Shown: positions 56,792-64,000 of the stretch, piece by piece
Numbering within the stretch: position 1 is the stretch's first letter
Layout of the letters: each line of letters begins with the position of its first letter
Origin: an uncultured Gemmatimonadales bacterium
Lineage (GTDB): Bacteria > Gemmatimonadota > Gemmatimonadetes > Gemmatimonadales > GWC2-71-9
Direction of reading: 5' to 3'
NCBI GenBank assembly: GCA_963788625.1
Contig: CAWBHB010000001.1
Span: 1,332,512-1,396,511, forward strand
Length of the DNA: 64,000 nucleotides
The notes under the pieces: model-generated
Databases searched by the model: none
What the model was told of the DNA's origin: nothing
What the model saw: the letters and a program-made list of their open reading frames with translations, nothing else
Made by a program: the position numbers and the translations under genes

Positions 56792-59524
56792 TTAGTGGCG
56801 CCCGAGCCGCTGCTCCAGCTCCTCGAACCAGTTGTCCACCACGACCAGCGGAGCGTCAAAAATTACGGCGGGCGTCTCGCTCCGCCCCATGATGAAGCGG
56901 CCGTCCGGACCGACATCGAACGGGGTGTAGAACTCCGTAGGCGTCATGTAGAGGTCATCCTGGAGATGAAAGAGAACCCGTGGGGTCCCGATCGTCGGCT
57001 GGGTGCCGGGGCCGATGGTGGCGGTCATCATGTCGCGCCCGGCGCTGACGTAGAAGAGTTCGCGACCAGTCCTCGCCCAGAGCGGAGCGACTCCTCCGCC
57101 GTTCGAAATCTGCCATTTGCCGCTGTTGGTGTTGGGAAATGGCCGGAGGTACACCTCGGTCTTCCCCGTTTCGTTGGACTCGTAGGCCAGCCATCGTCCG
57201 TCGGGTGAGATCGCGATCGCTTCTTCGTCATAGGGGGTCACCACCACCGGTACCGGCGCACTGTCGACGCCGGGACGAATACCCACGATATCCCGCCCTC
57301 CCGTTTGGCCCACGGTGCCACCAGTCCGGAACAGGAGCCAGCGGTCGTCCGGTGACCAGGCGCCCTCGAAGATCCCCTGTTCCGCGCGGAGAATGAGCGA
57401 ATCGGAACCGGTGCCGTCAGCGGGTCGTGAGTACAGCCCGCCGGTCCCGGTCCCGGCCCGGTTGGACCCGAACATGATTCCGCGCCCGTTCGGCATCCAG
57501 CGAGGCCGGTATTCCGATGCCCCGTCATAGGAGACCCGTGACAAGGGACCTCGCGGAAGCTGCTTGACCCAGATGTCGTCGCCGGCGTCGGTCGAGAGGC
57601 CCAGGGCCAATCGCTTGCCGTCGGGCGACAGGGTCCATCCGTAGTTCTCGCCAAAGTTGGTAAACTGAAGGGTCCAGCCCGAATCGACCGGCGTCACGCG
57701 CCCGGTGCGGTCCACCCACACCATGGAAAACTGCCGTCCCACTGCCGGTGCCGCTCCATAGCGCACCACCAAGGTACCCGAGGAGGAAAGCGCGAACAGC
57801 GGGTAGACTCCACCGAGCACCGCTACACTGTCCAGCACGGGAACCGCCGGGCCAGTCAGATCCAAAGAGCGCAGGCTGAACGGTGCCGCGAACAGCACGC
57901 CATCCGGCCGGACGAACAGGAGGTGCCCGGTCTTCGCGTATTGTCCCATGACCGCACCGGGAACTACCTGGTGCGACTTGCTCGACTTCAGGTCGACCAC
58001 CCAGAGATCCAACTGGGAGCAGTTGCGCCGGCAGCGACCAAAGAGCACGCCTCGCCCTCCGGGCAATGGGGTGAGCAGGCCAATTCCGGTGCTATCCGTC
58101 AGGACCTGGGTGGGCTCTCCTCCGCTTTCCGCCACTCGCATGAGCCCGATTCCGCCGGCTCGAATGAAGACGATATTCCCATCATCCAGCCAGGCGATTC
58201 CTGGAAAGGCTGACACGTTATCAGCCAGCGTGGTCGCGGTTCCTCCTACGACCGGCTGCTTCTTGAGTTGGGTGCCTTGGGTGAACGCGATCCACCGCGC
58301 GTCCGGAGACCAGGTGAAGTTGGTCACCCCAAGCGTCCCCGGGAGCGGAGAAGCTTCGTAACGGTCCCGTCGCTTGATCCAGATTTGCGTCGTGCGTTCG
58401 GCCGGGCCCACGTAGGCGATCTGAGACCCGTCCGGCGAGGGGATCGCCTGCCATTCCCGCACCGGTTCCTGGCCCCGAGGGAGCGACAAACCATAGCGAG
58501 TGACCGGTGGTGAGGCCGGCGAGCGGAGCAGGCTCAGGAGTGCCACGCCCAGCGCCACGCCTCCCAGCGCAGCCAGCACGACCGGAAAACGCCGGCTCCG
58601 ATGCTGTCCATCTCGCCGGGCGGCGGCGGTCATCGCCGCGGTAACCCGCTCGGTGCCGTACGATGCCTCGCCCAGCGCCGCAGCGAACTCCGCGGCGCTG
58701 GCGAAGCGGTCGGCCGGGAGCTTCTCCAGTGCCGTGAGGGTCGCCGCTTCGACATTCGTTGGGATGGTATGTCGCTTGGGTATCAGTGCGCGCGGTTCCT
58801 CGGTGACCACCTTGGCCACAATTGCCTGCGCCGTGGGGCCGGTGAATGGCGGTTCTCCCACCAGCATTTCGTACAGGACGCACCCAAGGGCATACACATC
58901 GCTTCGGGCCGTGATCTCGCGCTCCCCCATCGCCTGCTCGGGACTCATGTAGATCGGCGTGCCGAGGCTCATCCCGGTTTCCGTCATCCGGGTGCCACCC
59001 GCCTTGCTGGCGGCCAGCGCGATGCCGAAATCCGCCACCAGCGCCCGGCCATCGTGCAGGAGGACGTTCTCGGGCTTGATGTCGCGATGGATGACGCCGT
59101 GGCGGTGCGCGTAGTCCAGGGCGCCCGCGACTTCGGTGGCGATTCGCACCGCATCGGCGATCGGCAGCTGCTTCTCCCGGCTCAGCCGATCGCGGAGCGA
59201 CTCGCCTTCGACAAACGGCATGACATAGAACAGGAACTCGGCGGCTCCGCGGCTCGGCGGCTCGGCCTCACTGGTAGCAGCACCCGAGTCGAAGAGGGGC
59301 AGAATGTGCGGGTGCTGCAGATTGGCGGTGGTCTTGATCTCGCTCAGGAACCGCTCGGCGCCGATGACGGCGGCCAGCTCGGGGCGCAGGACCTTGACCG
59401 CGACCTTGCGATCGTGCCTCAGGTCCTGGGCCAGGTACACCGTCGCCATGCCGCCCTGGCCCAGCTCCCGCTCGATGCGGTAGCGGTCGGCGAGAGCGGT
59501 CGAGAGTCGATGGTCGATGGTCAA
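56792..59524 (-). CDS. Ser/Thr protein kinase, single TM, C-terminal TolB-like beta-propeller (paralog)
   Basis: 910 aa, TTG start. MTIDHRLSTALADRYRIERELGQGGMATVYLAQD. HRDIKPENVLL, DFGIA, GTPIYMSPEQ. PD40-like repeats (PSPDGSQIAY, WSPDARWIAF, LSPDGKRLAL, WSPDDRWLLF, ISPDGRWLAY). Confidence 0.85.
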   Translation of the reverse strand: MTIDHRLSTALADRYRIERELGQGGMATVYLAQDLRHDRKVAVKVLRPELAAVIGAERFLSEIKTTANLQHPHILPLFDSGAATSEAEPPSRGAAEFLFYVMPFVEGESLRDRLSREKQLPIADAVRIATEVAGALDYAHRHGVIHRDIKPENVLLHDGRALVADFGIALAASKAGGTRMTETGMSLGTPIYMSPEQAMGEREITARSDVYALGCVLYEMLVGEPPFTGPTAQAIVAKVVTEEPRALIPKRHTIPTNVEAATLTALEKLPADRFASAAEFAAALGEASYGTERVTAAMTAAARRDGQHRSRRFPVVLAALGGVALGVALLSLLRSPASPPVTRYGLSLPRGQEPVREWQAIPSPDGSQIAYVGPAERTTQIWIKRRDRYEASPLPGTLGVTNFTWSPDARWIAFTQGTQLKKQPVVGGTATTLADNVSAFPGIAWLDDGNIVFIRAGGIGLMRVAESGGEPTQVLTDSTGIGLLTPLPGGRGVLFGRCRRNCSQLDLWVVDLKSSKSHQVVPGAVMGQYAKTGHLLFVRPDGVLFAAPFSLRSLDLTGPAVPVLDSVAVLGGVYPLFALSSSGTLVVRYGAAPAVGRQFSMVWVDRTGRVTPVDSGWTLQFTNFGENYGWTLSPDGKRLALGLSTDAGDDIWVKQLPRGPLSRVSYDGASEYRPRWMPNGRGIMFGSNRAGTGTGGLYSRPADGTGSDSLILRAEQGIFEGAWSPDDRWLLFRTGGTVGQTGGRDIVGIRPGVDSAPVPVVVTPYDEEAIAISPDGRWLAYESNETGKTEVYLRPFPNTNSGKWQISNGGGVAPLWARTGRELFYVSAGRDMMTATIGPGTQPTIGTPRVLFHLQDDLYMTPTEFYTPFDVGPDGRFIMGRSETPAVIFDAPLVVVDNWFEELEQRLGRH

Positions 59525-59600
59525 TGGTCAATGGTCGTGGGTCGTGAGTCTTGGGTCACTGGTTTGCCGATTGTTGATTGCTGATTGCCGATTCATCGTC
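59499..59600. repeat. Two adjacent tandem heptamer arrays (GGTCRAT then TTGCYGA words) spanning the kinase start codon and its upstream region
   Basis: gtcgagagtcgatggtcgatggtcaatggtcaatggtcgtgggtcgtgagtcttgggtcactggtttgccgattgttgattgctgattgccgattc. Confidence 0.75.
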
Positions 59601-59714
59601 GCCGGTCCGCGGCTAAAGCCGCGACTCGGCTGATGTCACTGAAGTGACTCTCACCACCCAAGCCGCGTCGCTTCAGCGACAGGAGCCGAGTCGTCGCTTT
59701 AGCGACGGACCGGC
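59601..59714. mobile_element. MITE/REPIN-like element, copy R4
   Basis: gccggtccgcggctaaagccgcgactcggc ... gccgagtcgtcgctttagcgacggaccggc. ~30-bp terminal inverted repeats, each with a mini-hairpin. Internal gtcactgaagtgac and gtcgcttcagcgac. Confidence 0.6.
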
Positions 59715-59796
59715 GTACCATGCCGCCCTGGCCCAGCTCCCGCTCGATGCGGTAGCGGTCGGCGAGTGCGGTCGATAGTCGATGGTCGATGGTCAA
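59715..59796 (-). pseudogene. Truncated kinase 5' fragment F1 (first ~26 codons, near-identical to 56792-59524)
   Basis: Encodes MTIDHRLSTALADRYRIERELGQGGM. Homology then stops and the sequence runs straight into element R4 (ORF 59593-59796). Confidence 0.7.
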
Positions 59797-59865
59797 AGGT
59801 ACCAGGTGTCAGGTGTCAGGCGTCAGGCAATTGGTGATTGCCGATTACTGATTGCCGATTAGTCA
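59771..59865. repeat. Tandem heptamer arrays upstream of fragment F1
   Basis: gtcgatagtcgatggtcgatggtcaaaggtaccaggtgtcaggtgtcaggcgtcaggcaattggtgattgccgattactgattgccgatt. Confidence 0.75.
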
Positions 59866-59978
59866 CCGGTCCGCGGCTCAAGCCGCCACTCGGCTGGTGT
59901 CACTAAAGTGACTCCTGCCTCAACAAGTCATGTCGCTTCAGCGACAGGAGCCGAGTCGTCGCTTCAGCGACGGACCGG
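59866..59978. mobile_element. MITE/REPIN-like element, copy R5
   Basis: ccggtccgcggctcaagccgccactcggc ... gccgagtcgtcgcttcagcgacggaccgg. Same architecture and orientation as R4. Confidence 0.6.
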
Positions 59979-60063
59979 CATACCATGCCGCCTTGACCCA
60001 GCTCCCGCTCGATCTGGTAGCGGTCGGAGAGGGCGGCAGTGAGGCGGGGCAACGTGTCGGTCA
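59979..60063 (-). pseudogene. Truncated kinase 5' fragment F2 (resembles the N-terminus of 54103-56790)
   Basis: Hand translation gives VTDTLPRLTAALSDRYQIERELGQGGM, then an abrupt junction to R5 at the same CCATGCC position as in F1. Confidence 0.65.
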
Positions 60064-60079
60064 CAGGCTCGCCTTTTCA

Positions 60080-60219
60080 CGCGGCTCAAGCCGCGGCTCG
60101 GCAGGGCGTCGCGCTGCGACGCGGGGCTCGCGATGCTCCACGTGCGGAAGCCACGTCCTGCTCCTTCGCGCTGCTCAGGACGGCGGCTCGGGGCAGGCTC
60201 AGTCGCGATTTCAATCGCG
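60080..60219. mobile_element. MITE/REPIN-like element, diverged copy R6
   Basis: cgcggctcaagccgcg-gctcggcag ... cgcgatttcaatcgcg, with internal gtcgcgctgcgac and cgtgcggaagccacg. The right terminus is less well conserved. Confidence 0.45.
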
Positions 60220-60243
60220 TGGTCAGGCGAGGGAGCATCGCGC

Positions 60244-62915
60244 TCACGGCTTCACCAGGTCAGCCACCCAGATGTCGCTCTCGGGCGACCCCATCGTGAA
60301 GTAGAACACCTTCCCGTCGGTGCAGAATCCGTACTTGGTGTGCTGACGGGTCGGGTCGTCGAAGTCGACCAACACGGTACTGGCGCCACCCGTGGCCGGT
60401 ATCGAGCGGATAGACCAACCTATCGGGGACCGTGCCAGGTAGTAGAGCTGCTTCCCATCCGGTGACCAGGCCCCATAGAAAGCCTCGCCGCCAATCGCGG
60501 TATTGGAGACCAGCAGTGTCTCCACCCCATTGTCGACTCGATGAAGGCGCAGTCCATCGGGACTGTGAGAGAGGATCGCCCTCCCGTCCGGCGACCAGTG
60601 GGCGAAGTCGCTGCCGTGGCTGCGATGAAGCTCAGGCTCAGCGCCGTCAACCAGCCGGAGCCTGCCGAATCCGTGTCTCTGCCCTCGCGCACCCGACACC
60701 TCGAACAGAACCGTCTCCCCATCCGGCGCCCAGTCGGGATCGAGCTCCTCCTCCGGACCGCTGGTCCACTGACGCAGGCCGGTGCCGTCGGCCTCCACGG
60801 TGTAGATGTCGCGGTTCCCGTTCCGCAGCGAGTGGAAGAGGATCCGGCGACCGTCGGGGGACCAGTCGGCGCTGAAGTCGCCCGCGGCATCCGTGGTGAT
60901 CTGACGCGCCTCGCCGCCGGCCGCGGGCATCACGTAGAGATCCGGATTGCCACTCCGATCGGAGTCGAACACCAGCCAGCGTCCATCGGCACGACACGTC
61001 GACATCCTCGATGATCTCATTCCCGGTGGTGATCCGCATCGCGCCGCGGATCGAGACCGGGCCGCGAACTGGAATCGGGATGGACCAGATGCTGGACTAC
61101 GAGTTGAGCCGGGAATACGCCATACGGCCGCTTTTCCGGCTCACGCTCAACCCCTGCGCATCGGTACCGGTAGTGACGCGCTGCGGGGCTCCCTCGACCG
61201 CGCCGTCGCCACTCATGTGCTGTCGATAGATGTCGCGGCTGCCCTCGCGATCCGAGATCCAGAACAGGTCACGCCCATCGGGAGACCACTGGGGCGACAC
61301 GTTCAGCGCGCTGTCCGAGGCCGACTCGCTGGTCGGGGCCGCCCCGTCGAGGTGCACGATCCAGATCGCCGAGGCGCCCGACGTTCCCGAAATACCCGGT
61401 CCCGAAGACGAACGCAGCGTTCCCTACCGCGACCGCGATGCCCGTCCGTCGGGGGACCATGCCGGCGAGAAGGCGCGGCCGGGGCCGGAAGCGTCAGGGT
61501 GTCGCCACTGGAGAGCGTCATCACGGTGACCCCGTCGCCATTGTATCCCAGTGTCCAGGCGATCCGAGATGCCGTCGGGCGACCAGTCGAACCCGGTCAA
61601 GCGGCGTCCCCGAGCCCAGGTGCGAGCGGAGCGTGCCCGGGTCGAAGTGGCTCACGCGGCGGGGTGCCCCGCCGAGGGCGGGCACGACGTAGATGCCGTC
61701 ATTGGATTGATAGGCGATCTGCGATCCGTCGGGCGACCAACGGGGCCAGCGGAAGTTGTCGGTGGTGTCGTTGGTCAGGGCGACCGGGCGCCCGCCGCTG
61801 ACCTGCGCACGTAGATCTGCATCGCGGTGCGTGGGGCCGGCAGCGTAGGCGATGCTCTCGCCGTCGGGCGAGAGCGCCGGGTCGACCTCGAGACCCGGCT
61901 CCCGGGTGACCTGAGTCGTGCGGCCGATCTGACCGCGGAGCGTTCCACCGCGGATCCCCGGCGCGAACGAGCACCAGGCCGAGCGACGGCGAGCACCACG
62001 ACGAGACGCGGCGAGGCCAGGATCGGCGCGGATGGGGCCAGCGCTCAACGACCACCACCGGTCCCGTGGCGGGCCGGAGCGCGCTGGCAAACTGGGCCAC
62101 CGGGATTGAACCGGTCCGCCGGTGTCTTGGCGAGGCGCGCGTTGGAGCGCGGCCGCGACACCGGCTGGCACCGCCGGCCGAAGCTGGGTGATCGGCGGCG
62201 GAGTCGCCGTGATAGGTGCTGGTGCACGATGCTCTCGACCGTCGGCCCGGTGAACGGCGGCTGCCCCGCCAGCATCTCGTAGAGCACGCACCCCAGCGCG
62301 TACAGGTCGCTCCGCCCGTCGAGGTCCCGTTCTCCCGCAGCCTGCTCCGGACTCATGTACTGCACGGCGTCCCGACCGCCATCCCGGTCTCGGTGAGCCT
62401 GCTCGCCGCCGGCCGCGCTGACCGCCCTGGCGATGCCGAAGTCGGCCACCACGGCGTGGCCGCTCTCCAGCAGGATGTTCTCCGGCTTGATGTCGCGGTG
62501 AATGACGCCGTGGCCGTGGGCGTAGCTCAGCGCGTCGGCTACCTCACGGGCGATCTGCAGCGCGTCGTCGATGGGGAGCTGTTTCTCGCGGTCCAGCCGA
62601 TCGCGCAGCGATTCGCCTTCGACGTAGCGGCATGACGTAGAAGAGGAACGCGCTGGGTCTCGCCGCGCTTCGCCCGAGTCGAACAGCGGCAGGATGTGGG
62701 GATGGCGCAGATTGGCGGTGGTCTCGATCTCCCGGAGGAAGCGCTCGGGGCCGAGGCGTCGCGGCGAGTTCCGGGCGCAGCACCTTCACCGCCACCTTGC
62801 GGTGGTGCTTGAGATCCTCGGCCAGATACACCGTCGCCATGCCGCCCTGACCCAGCTCCCGCTCGATGCGGTAGCGGTCCGCGAGGGCGGTCGATAGTCG
62901 AGGGTCGATGGTCAA
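60244..62915 (-). pseudogene. Ser/Thr protein kinase / TolB-like beta-propeller paralog, many frame disruptions as assembled
   Basis: MTIDPRLSTALADRYRIERELGQGGMATVYLAEDLKHHRKVAVKVLRPELAA. Later pieces VADFGIARAV, YMSPEQAAGE, DLYALGCVLYEMLAGQPPFTG. Propeller pieces LSPDGESIAYAAG, WSPDGSQIAYQS, WSPDGRDLFWISDREGSRDIY, WSPDGRRILFHS, WAPDGETVLFE, WSPDGKQLYYLA. Spread over at least 5 ORFs. Confidence 0.7.
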
Positions 62916-62930
62916 TGGCGACTCACTTTT

Positions 62931-63094
62931 GTCATTGCGAGGAGGCCGTAAGGCCGACGAAGCAATCTCACCCGATTCACTTTCCCTGAAGGCCTTTCTG
63001 TGGCAAGCACCGCCAATTGCGCCGATCGGACGTTACTGAGGCTGAAACGGGTGAGATTGCCGCGTCGGCTGCTGCGCAGCTTCCTCGCAATGAC
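62931..63094. mobile_element. Second MITE-like element type (two-part terminal inverted repeats)
   Basis: gtcattgcgaggagg...gaagcaatctcacccg at the left, versus cgggtgagattgc...cttcctcgcaatgac at the right. 164 bp. Confidence 0.55.
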
Positions 63095-63124
63095 AGAATT
63101 CCTGGTAGCTTTGCGGGTCGCCGA

Positions 63125-63213
63125 CTCCCGTCTCCCGTCTCCCGTCTCCCGATCACGCGCTCGATGCGGTGGCGGTCAGCGCCAGCGGTCGATGGACGAG
63201 GGTCGATGGTCAA
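63125..63213 (-). pseudogene. Truncated kinase 5' fragment F3 followed by a (CTCCCGT)x4 heptamer array
   Basis: ORF 62977-63213 starts MTIDPRPSTAGADRHRIERVIG, then reads into ctcccgtctcccgtctcccgtctcccga and the MITE. Confidence 0.6.
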
Positions 63214-63299
63214 GGGACGGTCGTGTGTCGTGAGTCTTTAATCTGCCGGTCCGCGGCGAGTTAGGCAGAACCCTCCGTCATTGGCTCCGTCCTTTTTGT

Positions 63300-63370
63300 G
63301 CGCCCCGCTCGCGCCCGATCCGGTAGCGGTCGGCGATGGCTCCGGCGAGGCGGGCCAATGCGTTAGCCAT
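63300..63370 (-). pseudogene. Truncated kinase 5' fragment F4
   Basis: Hand translation from ATG 63370 gives MANALARLAGAIADRYRIGRERG, then a stop within a few codons. Confidence 0.5.
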
Positions 63371-63525
63371 CGATAGTGGGCTCGCCAAGCTGTGGGAGGA
63401 TCATGGGTGACCGGCCGAGTCCGGGCCTGTCTGAGTAGGTAGGGGGTGGATCCCAATACTATGGGGGATCCCAGGGGAGAGCGCGAGTCCGACGGATGCC
63501 GCAAGGATACCGGCTCGTGGATCCC

Positions 63526-64000
63526 TCACAAGGCTGCCGTCTGCCGCCGGAGGTTCTCCAGGATCTCTTCGTAGTAGGGTCGTTCCCAGAGGCTCGCGCG
63601 GGAGCCGGGGAAGTCCAACAGCCGGATGTGGGCGTGGGAAGAGTCGAACTGCTGCAGCACGACGGCGCACCGTTGGTCTCGGGAGAGTCTGGTGTTGTCC
63701 ACCATAGGAAAGTCGAAGAATCCCATGGTGAACCTCGCCTGCTCCGACTTGCGGTCGGCAGTATTGTCGGGAGTGATCACTTCCAGCCGAAGTCCACTCC
63801 CACGGCGGACAGCCGGAACATTGCCGGGGCGTACCGGCCACGAACGTCGGCCAGGGAGTGATCGGAACAACCATCAGCTGCCTGTCGCCCCGGAGGAAGA
63901 GCTCCCGGCCGCTACGCGCCCAGCGCGGCTCGGTCCCGCCATCCCGGGAGACCAGCTGAATTGACGAACACGAAGAGTCCGGCTCCGAGCGAGCTCCAGA
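63526..64000 (-). pseudogene. 3' part of a further kinase/beta-propeller-type gene entering from the right edge (frame-broken; end uncertain)
   Basis: Hand translation of 64000-63840 gives ...IQLVSRDGGTEPRWARSGRELFLRGDRQLMVVPITPWPTF. This resembles the last propeller blade of the intact paralogs (…GGSNPAWSHSGRELFYV…). Downstream frames are unclear. Confidence 0.35.

Noticed and set aside
63401-63874. ORFs 63401-63874(-) and 63496-63861(+) as independent genes.
   Set aside because: Their composition is Arg/Pro/Gly-rich and uninformative. The only recognisable text in the area is the propeller-blade-like segment entering from the right edge, so the region is treated as the broken 3' end of another kinase paralog, with low confidence.

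Overview
High-GC (roughly two-thirds G+C by eye) bacterial chromosomal segment. The gene content suggests a Gemmatimonadota/Acidobacteriota-like soil bacterium, but that is inference only. About 60 protein genes and one tRNA can be supported.

Left third, mostly intact core metabolism and envelope:
- FHA protein, trpE, an Omp85-like protein and a GspE/PilB-type ATPase fused to a receiver domain.
- A his cluster (hisC-hisB-hisH-Nudix-hisF).
- A hybrid sensor kinase.
- A possibly Fur-controlled porin / FMN-binding protein / membrane protein / ApbE operon.

Middle:
- engB-clpX-clpP-tig and tRNA-Leu(UAG).
- A small islet bounded by repeats. It carries a dodecin, a SnoaL-fold gene and the most unusual module in the window: two coupled ATP-grasp paralogs followed by a 171-aa protein whose core is about 13 tandem Glu-Lys-x triplets.
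- A run of DinB/GNAT/YjbR/VOC genes.

Right third:
- An ECF sigma cluster with two CBM48-like domains, then htrA and dnaK.
- A tandem array of Ser/Thr kinase / beta-propeller paralogs, interleaved with truncated kinase 5' fragments and MITE-like elements.

Three features recur across the window:
- Intergenic palindromes built from tandem 7-8 nt words (STRR-like).
- A family of about 115-140 bp elements made of mini-hairpins.
- Patchy single-base frame disruptions hitting about 14 genes, including tig, clpP and clpX. These are more likely assembly indels than real decay, but only read data can decide.

No CRISPR array, rRNA, integrase or transposase gene was found. Many long ORFs in the track are antisense artefacts of the high GC content.
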